Part shown: positions 44,492 to 54,030 of the stretch, piece after piece
How positions within the stretch are numbered: position 1 is the first letter of the stretch
Layout: each line of letters starts with the position of its first letter
DNA from: a virus
Lineage: Duplodnaviria > Caudoviricetes
Length of the DNA: 56,899 nucleotides
IMG/VR virus record: IMGVR_UViG_3300046817_000760
Coordinates: 1-56,899 of that record
Strand: one strand, 5' to 3'
Made by a program: the position numbers and the translations under genes
The notes under the pieces: generated by a model
What the model saw: the letters and a program-made list of their open reading frames with translations, nothing else
Database searches by the model: none
What the model was told of the DNA's origin: nothing

Positions 44492-44527
44492 GTGGAGACC
44501 ATGACCGGGGCATCGTGGTGGTTGCCC

Positions 44528-44734
44528 TTAGGCTTCCTCGTCCTTGGGCTCTTCGACCTCTTCCCCAGCCTCGAGAGTGTCCCAAGCCGCGAGGGCTTCG
44601 GTCACGTCACCGGAGTTGATCGCTTCAATCAGTCCCTTCATGGCCAACTCCCGCGGAGACTCGGCCTCCTCGCCCTTCTTCGGCTTCTTCGGGCCCCCTA
44701 CAATGAGGAGATCGAGAGATTTGGGCGTAGCCAT
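44528..44734 (-). CDS. Small acidic hypothetical virion-module protein (MATPKSL...)
   Basis: GGAGG SD, TAATG coupling. Confidence 0.6.
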   Translation of the reverse strand: MATPKSLDLLIVGGPKKPKKGEEAESPRELAMKGLIEAINSGDVTEALAAWDTLEAGEEVEEPKDEEA

Positions 44735-45093
44735 TAGCTGCTCCTCCGCGCCATGATCTGCACGTCCACGCGCGCGGTCAGGGTATCCACGGCTGTTCCA
44801 CCACCTGCCGTGACTTGCTTGATCGTGATGACCCGGGACGCCGGGTCCGCGGCTGTTACGAGGAACAACTGAGCGGTAGAAGCGGCGATCGTCGTCACGG
44901 ACAAGTTGATGTTCTTGTAGATCTGCCCGAGCGCGATCTCGTAGGTCCCCACGCCCACGCGCGTGACCGTGCAACCTTGCTCTTCGACCACCGTGATGGT
45001 GGCACCTGTTACGATGAAGCAGCATTGCAGGATGCGGCCCCCACTGGGCCCGTAGGTCTTCGGGATATGCGCGTCTTTCAGATTCCGGGCCAT
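44734..45093 (-). CDS. Putative capsid decoration / minor structural protein (MARNLKD...)
   Basis: GGGGAG SD; Thr/Val-rich beta protein downstream of the capsid gene. Confidence 0.55.
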   Translation of the reverse strand: MARNLKDAHIPKTYGPSGGRILQCCFIVTGATITVVEEQGCTVTRVGVGTYEIALGQIYKNINLSVTTIAASTAQLFLVTAADPASRVITIKQVTAGGGTAVDTLTARVDVQIMARRSS

Positions 45094-45176
45094 GGGTGCT
45101 CCCCTTCTGCGCTTGCGCGCTTCCTCCCTGGGAGGGAGGCGTGTGGTGAGCGAGGAGCCTGGGCCTCTTGGAAGTT

Positions 45177-45207
45177 TGGTTGCCCCGTCCCTGATGTTTG
45201 GTTGCCC
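45177..45207 (-). promoter_or_regulatory. Tandem pair of late-promoter boxes GGGCAACCA
   Basis: TGGTTGCCC at 45177-45185 and 45199-45207; the first is followed by N15-CAGGCT on the minus strand. Confidence 0.65.
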
Positions 45208-45258
45208 GATCCAGGTCAGATGGGCTAAAAGGGTCAAGGAAAAGAGGGGGCACTCAAC

Positions 45259-45627
45259 ATGGCGCTACGAGCAATAAACGGCGGCCGTCGACAACTATCG
45301 TTTCCCGAGCACGAGTTCGCGAGCGACCATCGAATCTCCGCCGCACTCAAGGAATACAAGACCAAGGCTAGGCTCAAGGCAGCTGCAGAGCGGCCCCCGT
45401 GTGCGGAAGTCGCAGCGCGAAGGATCCGCGAATACTTCTTTGACCTCGGCGCGGAGCTCAACTACACGCGCTGGATGGCCGAAGTCAGCCGCAAGGCGGG
45501 CATGAACTACACGACCGTTTGCGCGATCATCCACGGGCAAAAGACGCGGGTGGGGCCGAACGTTGTTGACCAGATCGCCCGTAGTACGGGCTGCCCTGTC
45601 GCGGTGTTTTATGATGCAGAGTTCTAG
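45259..45627 (+). CDS. HTH (XRE/Cro-like) regulator
   Basis: AEVSRKAGMNYTTVCAIIHG...VDQIARSTGCPV. Confidence 0.7.
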   Translation: MALRAINGGRRQLSFPEHEFASDHRISAALKEYKTKARLKAAAERPPCAEVAARRIREYFFDLGAELNYTRWMAEVSRKAGMNYTTVCAIIHGQKTRVGPNVVDQIARSTGCPVAVFYDAEF

Positions 45628-46396
45628 GCCGATCCCCATCGTCGGCGAGACTCGCTTACAGCTCCTCGCACGCTTTGACCAGAACCCCGAACAGGCCAAA
45701 GCGATTGCCAAGGGAGCGGGGATCTCGGAGATCACCCTTCACGACTGGGCCACGACCTACAAGACCTCGGGGGACTTGGGGGAGGCGCCTCCGCCAGAAG
45801 CACCCCAAGGAGACAACCGCCAAGGTCCGCGGAAAGGTGGCCGAGGCAGGGGCTACAGCCATGAAACACGGATGGCAGCGGTCCAAGCGTGCTTGAATGG
45901 GGAGGGTTCCTCAGAGACTATCGGGAAGCGCTTTGGGACCAGTGGCCGGAGCATTCGTGATTGGCTCGTGGCCTACCAGAAGGGCGAACTCAAACCAGGT
46001 AAAAACGAGAGCAAGAGCAGTATGGTTAAGAAACGCAGAAGCTTCACTGAAGAGTTCCGATACGACGTGGCCAAGGGCGTAGACGAGGGCAACTTCACAA
46101 TCGCAGCAGCAGCCGCCAGATTTGACCTGTCTCCGGGCTTGGTCAGCGGTTGGGTCAAGCTCCTTCGGACCAAGAAGCTCAAGCCTCCACGGGGTAAGCC
46201 TGGACCAAAGCCCAAGCCCAAGACCGAGATCGTGGAGGAGTACGGCCAAACATCGCTCGCGCTCCCTACGGCCCCGCGTACCCAGCTCGCTCGCGTGACC
46301 ACGACCCACGATGAGATCGCTCGCCTCAAGGCCGAAAACGAACGGCTGAAGTACGTCCTTCGAAAGACTCAAGCGATGTTGCTCGGCGATGAGTGA
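45611..46396 (+). CDS. Protein with three HTH repeats (IS3-OrfA-like) and a C-terminal coiled coil
   Basis: IAKGAGISEITLHDW, IGKRFGTSGRSIRDW, AAARFDLSPGLVSGW; EIARLKAENERLK. Confidence 0.7.
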   Translation: MMQSSRPIPIVGETRLQLLARFDQNPEQAKAIAKGAGISEITLHDWATTYKTSGDLGEAPPPEAPQGDNRQGPRKGGRGRGYSHETRMAAVQACLNGEGSSETIGKRFGTSGRSIRDWLVAYQKGELKPGKNESKSSMVKKRRSFTEEFRYDVAKGVDEGNFTIAAAAARFDLSPGLVSGWVKLLRTKKLKPPRGKPGPKPKPKTEIVEEYGQTSLALPTAPRTQLARVTTTHDEIARLKAENERLKYVLRKTQAMLLGDE

Positions 46397-46673
46397 CGAC
46401 CCGATCTACGCCACGCCCCCACGGAAGAAGCCTGGGCCAAAGCCTGGGAGCAGACGCCTGCTTCCCGTGCCCCAGGAGAAGGAGGAGGGTCAGTGCCCGT
46501 GCTGCGCCCGCACCGCGGCCCCGATAGGGCTAGAGCTGCTTCGCGAACTCGTGCGGTCCGCAAGAGATCGGCTACTTGATGACGAGAGCAACGAGGCAAA
46601 GCACGACCTGCTCTACCTCGCTGCCCGTCTGGATGGGTACTGCTCGCTCACGTGCTGGAGGAAGACTCAATGA
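46389..46673 (+). CDS. Hypothetical protein (KKPGPKP motif, CPCC)
   Basis: Coupled overlap with neighbours. Confidence 0.55.
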   Translation: MSDDPIYATPPRKKPGPKPGSRRLLPVPQEKEEGQCPCCARTAAPIGLELLRELVRSARDRLLDDESNEAKHDLLYLAARLDGYCSLTCWRKTQ

Positions 46674-47086
46674 CAGACTTCGAAGCATTCCGGCCAAAGA
46701 CGCAATGGCAGGCAGTCCCTACGTCTGAGTTCGTACGTCGAGAAGGCCACGTGATTGATCTGGGCACGTACGTGCAGCCGCTACGTGATGGCTTGCGCGC
46801 CATCGTTACCATAGACCTAGCCTCTGACGTGGGCGCGGGGGACTGGCTGCATCTCAGCATTTCGCGAGCACGGCGCCTGCCCACGTGGGGAGACCTCGTC
46901 ACAGCACGCGATGCCCTCGGCTACGAAGACATCTACTTCGTGCAACAACTGCCGCCCCGCCGCAACTGGCTCAATGTCCATAGTTTCTGCCTCCACCTCT
47001 TGCATCGACTAGATCAAGAGACAGTGCCGCGCCTCCTTTGGGCAGACCAAGAAGGCGCGACAGGCAAAAACTACGAACACGGCTAG
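46670..47086 (+). CDS. Conserved phage protein (WLHLSIS...PTW...NVH..CLHL)
   Basis: GGAGG SD; recognisable His-rich phage family motifs. Confidence 0.7.
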   Translation: MTDFEAFRPKTQWQAVPTSEFVRREGHVIDLGTYVQPLRDGLRAIVTIDLASDVGAGDWLHLSISRARRLPTWGDLVTARDALGYEDIYFVQQLPPRRNWLNVHSFCLHLLHRLDQETVPRLLWADQEGATGKNYEHG

Positions 47087-47087
47087 G

Positions 47088-48290
47088 TTACTGTGCCGGC
47101 CAGATCCCTCGGGCAAGACCGTGAGTTTTCACACCAACGAAATCCGCATCGATTAGTGCGGCCAAGGTGTAGTTATCACCTGCAGCCTTGCGCATGGACA
47201 GACCATCATTCTCATCGATCGTGACACCCGAGATGGAGTGCAGCTCGAACGCGCCTTCACCGATCACGAAGAAGGTTCCCTGCGGGCAGAACACGTCAGG
47301 AACGACCGTGTTCGTGCCGACCTTGAACGCCTCGATACCCATCTCGTACGGGCCTGAGTCATCGATGAAGCGAGAGCCCTCCTTCGCGACCTGGATACCG
47401 GCGAAGTCGATCTCCGAGCACATGATCTTGGCATTCTTGAACGCGCCACCGGGGCGAGTCTTCAAATAGGCCATGCTCGTGATCAAGACCGTCTCAATGT
47501 TCGCGCCGGTCGTTACCAGTCGAACTCCCGCTAGTGCCTCGGGGTTCACGCTGCGATCCACGCCAGCGCCGAAGACTGCATCACCAGGGGCCGGGGCCAC
47601 TGCGGGGCAGTAGGACGAGAGTCCGTGATAGGACGCGTTCGTGTCGCCCTCCACGTACATCGAGTCACCGTCTGTGAACGTCGTGATGTTGCCCCAAGTG
47701 GTGGACGTCAGAGTTCCGTTGGCCGTGTCCACTCCAGTGAGCACAGCCGCGGTACCTCCCCGAAGCGCTCCACCCTCAACTTGACCTGCCTTGACCTTGT
47801 CTCCGATGTTCCAGTAGAGGGCATCAGAGGGGACAGAGAGCTGTAGAACGTTGCCCACGAGTGAACCGCGGAAACCACGCCGCCCCGTGTCCGAGGCATA
47901 CGCACCACGGGCAAGGTTCTGGTTGAGCGTGTCCTGGGCGAGTTGCATCTCCTGGGTCAAGTAGTCCAAGAACTGCGTCGTCACTCCACCCTTCAAGGCA
48001 GCCCGTACCAGGGCTCCGTTCATGATGCGAGTGTCATAGTCATGGCGAGGGGAGACAGAGAACCGCGCGTACGCGCCGTTCACGTCATTGGCCTCAGCAT
48101 TCGTGATGGAGTGCGAGCGTCCGCCAAGACCGGCATATGCGATAGACCAGTCAAAGGTGGCTCCGAAGAAATCTTCTTCGTGTGGAAGAAGAGCCATGAG
48201 CTTCGACGTGCGCGCGAGGGCGTTTTTGTCGAAGCGATCGTCATAAACAGTCTTCAGAATCGAAGACAGAGCATTCGCGGGAGCAGCCAT
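47088..48290 (-). CDS. Major capsid protein
   Basis: 400 aa, follows scaffold; LKTVY N-terminus, long helix LTQEM...LAR..Y..DTG, VVPDVFCP. Confidence 0.8.
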   Translation of the reverse strand: MAAPANALSSILKTVYDDRFDKNALARTSKLMALLPHEEDFFGATFDWSIAYAGLGGRSHSITNAEANDVNGAYARFSVSPRHDYDTRIMNGALVRAALKGGVTTQFLDYLTQEMQLAQDTLNQNLARGAYASDTGRRGFRGSLVGNVLQLSVPSDALYWNIGDKVKAGQVEGGALRGGTAAVLTGVDTANGTLTSTTWGNITTFTDGDSMYVEGDTNASYHGLSSYCPAVAPAPGDAVFGAGVDRSVNPEALAGVRLVTTGANIETVLITSMAYLKTRPGGAFKNAKIMCSEIDFAGIQVAKEGSRFIDDSGPYEMGIEAFKVGTNTVVPDVFCPQGTFFVIGEGAFELHSISGVTIDENDGLSMRKAAGDNYTLAALIDADFVGVKTHGLARGIWPAQ

Positions 48291-48297
48291 CTAAACC

Positions 48298-49383
48298 TTA
48301 CCTTCCAAGAATCGTGGTGTTGATACGCGCGGCGAGATCAGCGGAGCTGGTCCTTCCGGGCGCACGACTAGGGACCGTGGACGCCACCTTGTGAGTGATC
48401 GTCTTCGGAGGCGTCCCCTTCTCGGATGGCTTGGCCGGGGCAGTGGCGGAAACGGGTGCTGATGGCTGCAGCTCTTCGAGGATGGCAGCTCGAAGTTCGG
48501 CGTTGCCCAACAAGGCTTTCAGGGACGGTTTGTGTCCAAGAAGTTGGGTCGCTTCCTTGAGCAGACCGTCATTGAACAGCTTCGCGACGGCGCGGAAATC
48601 CGGCTCTTCCCCCGTCTGCTCCATCTGCAACGTGATGTAGCCAAGCAGCCGCTCGGCCGTATTTATCGCACCTCCGAGTGCGGGGAAATCGGCCTGGAAG
48701 TCAGGCTGATTCACCACCTCACTCACCTTTTTCAGGTTTTCGGATCGGACCTCAGCCTCTTGTGCAGCGAGGGCATCCTGTTCGGCCTTCTTCTTGGCCG
48801 CCTTGCCCTGCTCGATCAGTTCAAGGACCTCCGGGGGAAGTTCAAGCTTCGCCTCCTGGACCTGAGCCGCTGTGATCTTCCCGTCTCGCATGGCCTCGGC
48901 GAAAGAGACCGGGTCCATGCCCGCCAGAGCGAGAGCGATCTTCGGGTCCTTGGCCGCTGCATCGAGCTTGGCTTGGAGCTCGGCGAGTTTCGCTTCACTT
49001 GCTTTGGCACGTTCACCTTCTGCAAGGGCCTTGGCCTCTGCCCTTTGCGTAGCCAACTGGGCCGCAGCTACCCTGTGCGCGTACTGCTTGGGGCTCTCTC
49101 CCTCTACCTTGGGCGGGGGAGTGGGCTCTCCCTCAACCTTTTCCTCTGAAGGAGGACTTTCCCCTTCGGGAGTGGGGGCAGGGGTTTCCCCTTCCACAGG
49201 AGGAGCGGGCTCGGGGGTTGCCCCCGCCGCGATTGCGCTGTTCACCTTCTCGAGAAAGGCCGCTCGCCTTTGTCCAATCGAGTCTGGTTTGCGCTCGCCA
49301 GTGCCCCCCTCCTTAGGAGCGGGAGGGGCCTCGGGGGCAGGAGTCGTGGTCGCGGGGGCAGTAACAGAAGTGTCTTGGCTCAT
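48298..49383 (-). CDS. Scaffolding protein
   Basis: P/E/A-rich coiled coil between portal and capsid; late motif at 49411-49419. Confidence 0.7.
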   Translation of the reverse strand: MSQDTSVTAPATTTPAPEAPPAPKEGGTGERKPDSIGQRRAAFLEKVNSAIAAGATPEPAPPVEGETPAPTPEGESPPSEEKVEGEPTPPPKVEGESPKQYAHRVAAAQLATQRAEAKALAEGERAKASEAKLAELQAKLDAAAKDPKIALALAGMDPVSFAEAMRDGKITAAQVQEAKLELPPEVLELIEQGKAAKKKAEQDALAAQEAEVRSENLKKVSEVVNQPDFQADFPALGGAINTAERLLGYITLQMEQTGEEPDFRAVAKLFNDGLLKEATQLLGHKPSLKALLGNAELRAAILEELQPSAPVSATAPAKPSEKGTPPKTITHKVASTVPSRAPGRTSSADLAARINTTILGR

Positions 49384-49420
49384 GCCCGAACCGTGAATGC
49401 CCTGCTATCTTGATTGCCCG

Positions 49421-49753
49421 ATGCCCTTCACAGACCTCCACGAGTTGCGTGATGAGATGGATGGGTTCACCGATCATGAGAAGGTGGATGCAAGTCACCT
49501 AGACAAGATCGCGGGGCAGTGGCGACACGACCGCGAATGGCTCTCCCGTGATTGGCACATCCCTAAAACCAAGTTTCAGGTTCGTGCAGAGAGATGGGCG
49601 GCAAGGGCCGCACGCGCTCTGCCCTCAGACCCTGATGAACTCCGCCTTCTCCTCTACAAGGTCAGACAGGAGGCGGGGCGCCGGGAGGTAGCGCCATCGG
49701 ATCGGCCTGGGGCAAAGCTATATCCCCGCCAGGGGGTAAGGCACCGGGAATAG
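49421..49753 (+). CDS. Counter-oriented hypothetical protein between portal and scaffold
   Basis: Fills an otherwise empty ~270-bp gap; its 3' end overlaps the portal end. Confidence 0.5.
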   Translation: MPFTDLHELRDEMDGFTDHEKVDASHLDKIAGQWRHDREWLSRDWHIPKTKFQVRAERWAARAARALPSDPDELRLLLYKVRQEAGRREVAPSDRPGAKLYPRQGVRHRE

Positions 49754-51692
49754 CTCCGGGTCCACCTGGTCCTGGCCCCATGGGTGGGAGTGTCCCCGGG
49801 TCCGGGGGCGGAGGCGCATTGGCCGCAGCCACTGCATCGGCCCGCCCCTTCACCGTGTCCATCAGCCGCCGAAACTGAGTCAGCACTTCTGGGTCCGCAC
49901 CCTCGCGCTTGGCCTTCAGGTACTCAGTCCTGAGCAGAGGCCCGAACACCGCCACGTCCAACTCAGGCGGGATGCCCACGACCTTGTTATCCAAGACTTG
50001 GTCGATCAAGAACTGAGAATAAAGCGTGTCCTCCGTGTCATCGTCCGCTTGGCCTTCCGTGTCCGGCATGGCCGAGAGCATCTTCGCGGTCTGCTGCGTG
50101 CACCACCCCGCCTCCACCCAACTTTGGACCGTGTCGAACTGCGCGGCTGTGCTGCCCACGAGCTGAGACACGGGGAGCACGGCCATCTTGGCCTCGGTCG
50201 GCTCCACCATGATGTCCTTCCACTTGCTGGACAGGAGCCAAGCATTGCGTGCAGCCCGATCCACCTGGAAGGCAGGGTTGTCCAAGGCGACTCGGTCGTT
50301 CGTGTCAACCATGGCTTGGGAGCACTGGAGAAGGAACCTCTCGAGGAAGCGGAGGGGTCGGACGTGTCTCTTCGAGGAGATGTCCTCGGCTGCCCGTTGG
50401 CCCACTGCTGAGGTAACGCCCGTGGGGGTCTGACCGGCCACCTGTTGCTGGGTCATTCCCAACATGGAAAGAGTCTGCTCGCGAATGTTCTCGATCGTGG
50501 CTTCTAGGTCATGCGGGGTGGCGTCGACCGTGAAGAAAGCCGGGGGCGTGTCCCCGTCATAGAGATGGATTTGGACTGCACTGTTTGTGACTTGCTCGGG
50601 CTCGACCATGGAGCCCTTTTTGAGGAACACTCGGGCAGTGCTCCCAAGGGTCTGACAACGTTGGACGTGGTCCGCGAGTTGTTCAATACGGAGCTGGGCA
50701 GGCTTGCAGACGTCCACCAAGGACACGCCGGGCAGGCCCAGTTGGGGTGGTTCCCACCCACGTAGGATCCCAAACGGGAGGCGCATCGTGGTCCACTCGT
50801 CCCCGATGAGCTCCGCCCCTTGGATGGAGAACGAGTGCCGCCCATCCTTGGCCTCTGCAGCCGAAGGTAGCTTCCAACCCTCGTACACCATGACCAAGTT
50901 CGCGTCCGAGCTGGTCTCTAGCTGGAAGTCGGTCTTGTCGAGCGGGCCGGGCCCGGGGGCTCTCTTGATGCAGTCCATGTGCTCGGGGTACAGCTCGATC
51001 AGCACGTCCCGGTTGTAGGGCGCGATATGGTGGAGCTCCCTTATCTCCCCCGTGACCGCAGCCTGAGGGTCCCAAATCAGGGAGAGGGGAAGGACCCGCT
51101 CGCAAGCGGTCATGGCCCCCTCGGTATCCGAGTCCTCGAAGAACTTGACTGCCCCGAGGCGACACACCAACGCATCGATGATGGCCTTGTCCACCTCTTC
51201 GAACAGACCGATCGCCTGCACCTGTTGCTGGATCGCCTGGTTCCTCAATAATACTTTCCTGCGGAGCTTCCAGTTCGCGCCCCTGGTCTGGCAGAACGGA
51301 AGGGTCCGGGCCGCACTCATCATGGACGCGCCCGTGTCCGTGATGCTCTTGATCAAGTTGTAGCGGAGCTGCTTGCCGAACAACGTGTTGCGGGTACCAT
51401 TCACGTTCATGGAGCCCGCGTACAGGCGCATGTTCTCCAGGACTTCTCGCCGGTAAGCTGTCAGTTGAACGAGGCGCAGCCCGTTCACCCGAGAGAAGAG
51501 AGCGTCCGCGGCCTCCTTGCCCTCCAGCAGGTACCAAGGCGTGGCGGCCCCTGACTCGGTGTATCGGCTCCCAGACTTCTTCTGGACCTTCGGAAGGTGT
51601 TTGTCCTCCTTGGGCTTCTTCCCGATCTTCTCAGGTACGTGTACCTTGAGTGTCGAGGGAGGCGTAGGGCGCTTACTCGTGCGGGGGGCCAT
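49662..51692 (-). CDS. Portal protein
   Basis: 676 aa helical protein, YNLIKSI, GVTSAVG, Pro-rich tail; position upstream of scaffold and capsid; late motif at 51721-51729. Confidence 0.8.
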   Translation of the reverse strand: MAPRTSKRPTPPSTLKVHVPEKIGKKPKEDKHLPKVQKKSGSRYTESGAATPWYLLEGKEAADALFSRVNGLRLVQLTAYRREVLENMRLYAGSMNVNGTRNTLFGKQLRYNLIKSITDTGASMMSAARTLPFCQTRGANWKLRRKVLLRNQAIQQQVQAIGLFEEVDKAIIDALVCRLGAVKFFEDSDTEGAMTACERVLPLSLIWDPQAAVTGEIRELHHIAPYNRDVLIELYPEHMDCIKRAPGPGPLDKTDFQLETSSDANLVMVYEGWKLPSAAEAKDGRHSFSIQGAELIGDEWTTMRLPFGILRGWEPPQLGLPGVSLVDVCKPAQLRIEQLADHVQRCQTLGSTARVFLKKGSMVEPEQVTNSAVQIHLYDGDTPPAFFTVDATPHDLEATIENIREQTLSMLGMTQQQVAGQTPTGVTSAVGQRAAEDISSKRHVRPLRFLERFLLQCSQAMVDTNDRVALDNPAFQVDRAARNAWLLSSKWKDIMVEPTEAKMAVLPVSQLVGSTAAQFDTVQSWVEAGWCTQQTAKMLSAMPDTEGQADDDTEDTLYSQFLIDQVLDNKVVGIPPELDVAVFGPLLRTEYLKAKREGADPEVLTQFRRLMDTVKGRADAVAAANAPPPPDPGTLPPMGPGPGGPGAIPGALPPGGDIALPQADPMALPPGAPPPV

Positions 51693-51741
51693 TGAGCGAA
51701 GGGTGCTCGACCTCCGCTATTGGTTGCCCTAGACCCAAGGA

Positions 51742-51978
51742 ATGAAGAGCGAACACGACCATTGGGGCGAGATGCGGGCACTGCGCAAGAAGATGCGGCG
51801 CGCAATCGACAACCCCTACGAGCGGGCACTCCTGTGGCAGCGCTACGTGGAACTCTCCCACTCGCTCGAAGCGACCTACTCGCCCAAGTGGCAGGCGCAC
51901 GACGCGGCGATCGAACAGAGGGCCAAGCGCCGGGTGGTCCGTGCCGTCAACAAGGCCAACCCATGCTTGTCCGGGTAG
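51742..51978 (+). CDS. Counter-oriented hypothetical protein
   Basis: ATG after AAGGA; divergent from portal. Confidence 0.5.
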   Translation: MKSEHDHWGEMRALRKKMRRAIDNPYERALLWQRYVELSHSLEATYSPKWQAHDAAIEQRAKRRVVRAVNKANPCLSG

Positions 51979-52148
51979 TCGCACCGCACTTCGTGGCAGG
52001 GCTGGAAGTCGAACGCTGCGAAGACGGCGAGGAGCGATGCGTGTACGCGGCCCCCATCTTGCGCTGGGCCGTAGGGAAGACACGCATCGATCTACAAGAA
52101 TACTTTCGCCGATCGGGCTGGAAAGCCTCGGTCGTGGCTACTGACTGA
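51963..52148 (+). CDS. Small hypothetical protein (MLVRVVAPHFVAG...AAPILRW)
   Basis: Phage-like motif; overlaps the previous ORF. Confidence 0.55.
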   Translation: MLVRVVAPHFVAGLEVERCEDGEERCVYAAPILRWAVGKTRIDLQEYFRRSGWKASVVATD

Positions 52149-52488
52149 CCCTAAATATGCACTTGGCTGCATACGCACGGGCCGTGTCCAGGTCTGGTAG
52201 CAACTTGAACTTGGTCAGGCGATGGGCGTAGAGGAGACGTAGATTGGTACAGGCCACGTCATAGTTTCGGCCTGCCGCTCGGAGCCGTCCTAATAGCGGG
52301 AAGTCTTCTATGGAGGACACCATCACGTCCTCGCCCAAGGGGGACACGACCAGGTAGTAGACGTGGTTTCCTTCATACTCATGTGAAGCCTGAGCCTGGC
52401 GGTTCAGGCGTTGCTCGTTGTCGGCCTCGAGTTGTTCACCCACCTGGCGGCAGCGCTCGGCGAAATCCGTTCCGATGAGTTTAGACAT
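52138..52488 (-). CDS. Hypothetical protein
   Basis: GAGG SD; coupled to the upstream ORF. Confidence 0.55.
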   Translation of the reverse strand: MSKLIGTDFAERCRQVGEQLEADNEQRLNRQAQASHEYEGNHVYYLVVSPLGEDVMVSSIEDFPLLGRLRAAGRNYDVACTNLRLLYAHRLTKFKLLPDLDTARAYAAKCIFRVSQ

Positions 52489-52855
52489 TCCACCTCTTGC
52501 TCTTCCTTTCCATGGGATGAGCTTGGGACTGGGTGACAGGGAGGAGGGTTCCTGACTGGGGCCGGTCTTGTTCCTTTTTAGGGACTTCCTTTACTGTCCC
52601 TGTTTGCGCACACGCCTCTTCCCGCATCGGGTTACACCAATAGGGGATACCCGACGCTACCACTTGGGCACCCGTGATGGAGGTGATGTAGATAGTACCG
52701 TCTTCGGACCTCTCCAGGGTCACGCGGGCATTGTCTGACCGGAAGTCTCGACGCTCAAACAAGCCCTGGGCGGAGGGGTCTTGTACGGGCATCGCAAACA
52801 CGACTCGGGAAAGCTTGGTCATCGAAGTGCCAATGGTGGTATTATTCATCTTCAT
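52481..52855 (-). CDS. Hypothetical protein
   Basis: Coupled ORF upstream of portal. Confidence 0.55.
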   Translation of the reverse strand: MKMNNTTIGTSMTKLSRVVFAMPVQDPSAQGLFERRDFRSDNARVTLERSEDGTIYITSITGAQVVASGIPYWCNPMREEACAQTGTVKEVPKKEQDRPQSGTLLPVTQSQAHPMERKSKRWNV

Positions 52856-53819
52856 CCTTGATCCCCGCGAACTCCATGTTTCGCCCCAACCTGTCCCGCG
52901 GGGGTTCGTAGGGCTTGGGTACGCCGGACGTGTCAGCGGAAAGGGACCTTCCTTCCTTCATGGCTTGGAGCATGATCAAGAGTTCTTGAGCACTCTTGCC
53001 CGCCACTTCCGAGGCTTCGACCGTCTTATTGAGGGCCGGGCGGTTGGCCCATCGCACATGGAAACGACGTTCGAGCATGAACGCGGCAGCTCGCCAGTCC
53101 GTGACCGCTCCCTCGTTCAGGCGCGAAACCCAGTTGGCTTCGCAGCTGGCTTTGGCCACGAGCATGGCACTCCACCATCGGGCGAAGGGCGTGTCTTTGC
53201 CCTCGGCAATGTCTCGCCGGCCCCGCGCATTCCAGTTCCTTACTTTGTCTATCTTCAGTCCCATACTTGCTGCAGCGATCAGCATGTTGATCCCACTTGC
53301 AACCAGGAGGGCCATGCGCTCCGTACGGACTGCGTCACACCTCAGATCGTAGTCCGAACTCTCGAGTCCATCGTGCTCGTGGACTGCATAAGACGTCTGA
53401 CCAATAGACAAAACCTGAGGGATCGGACCCTCAGGCACTTCCGCAACCTTACTCTCCGTGTCCGGGAGAAAAGGACTCCTTCCACGAGGCTTTTTGCGGT
53501 TTCCTCTGGGCTTTCCCTCCTCGCGATGATGCCCCGTGATGTGGGGTTTGAGTCCCCCGTCTGCTGCACGACCTGAGTATCCATCTCTGAGCTTTTTGGC
53601 CTTGGCCGGGGGCTCAGACTTGACCTCAACCGGGGGCTCAGGTTTGACCTCAACCGGGGGCTCAGACTTGACCTCAACCGGGGGTTCCGGTTTGGCCTTG
53701 GCTGGGGGCACAAACACAGGCTTCAGCAGAGGCTCGTACGGAGTTCTAGCCTGCGGAGGCGTCGCAATGATCGGCGTCGCGCCTAGTTTCAGTGCCCAAT
53801 AGTTACCGCGGCGGGACAC
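52842..53819 (-). CDS. Putative terminase small subunit with a low-complexity N-terminus
   Basis: HTH-like AAASMGLKIDKVRNW and DWRAAAFMLERRF motif. Confidence 0.6.
   Translation of the reverse strand: MSRRGNYWALKLGATPIIATPPQARTPYEPLLKPVFVPPAKAKPEPPVEVKSEPPVEVKPEPPVEVKSEPPAKAKKLRDGYSGRAADGGLKPHITGHHREEGKPRGNRKKPRGRSPFLPDTESKVAEVPEGPIPQVLSIGQTSYAVHEHDGLESSDYDLRCDAVRTERMALLVASGINMLIAAASMGLKIDKVRNWNARGRRDIAEGKDTPFARWWSAMLVAKASCEANWVSRLNEGAVTDWRAAAFMLERRFHVRWANRPALNKTVEASEVAGKSAQELLIMLQAMKEGRSLSADTSGVPKPYEPPRDRLGRNMEFAGIKDEDE
53607..53678. repeat. 24-bp tandem repeat x3 (encodes VEVK(S/P)EPP)
   Basis: CGGGGGCTCAG(AC/GT)TTGACCTCAAC at 53607, 53631 and 53655. Confidence 0.9.
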
Positions 53820-54030
53820 GGGAACTCTCCATCAGAGCTTCCCCATACGTACAGCCAGGGAACTGAACCAGAAGCCGATGAATGGTCTGCGCGTACCCTG
53901 GGTCCTCGGCAACTGCTGTTAGCTCTGTTGCTTGCGAGGCCGTGAGCTTGCCTTCGAGGTGCATCCGCACGATTCGGTGCAAGCGTCGCCCAACAATGTA
54001 TTGAACTCTGGCGCTAGGGTTGTAGCTCAT
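53803..54030 (-). CDS. Hypothetical protein
   Basis: Fills the gap with short overlaps. Confidence 0.45.
   Translation of the reverse strand: MSYNPSARVQYIVGRRLHRIVRMHLEGKLTASQATELTAVAEDPGYAQTIHRLLVQFPGCTYGEALMESSRVPPR

Noticed and set aside
45611-46396. Intact IS3-family insertion sequence
   Set aside because: No OrfB/DDE domain, terminal inverted repeats or target duplication seen.
5420-53802. Many long antisense or alternate-frame ORFs in the track (e.g. 11304..12194, 42510..43316, 50683..51537, 52731..53576)
   Set aside because: They lie within well-supported genes and have Arg/Pro/Ser-rich shadow-ORF composition typical of high-GC DNA.
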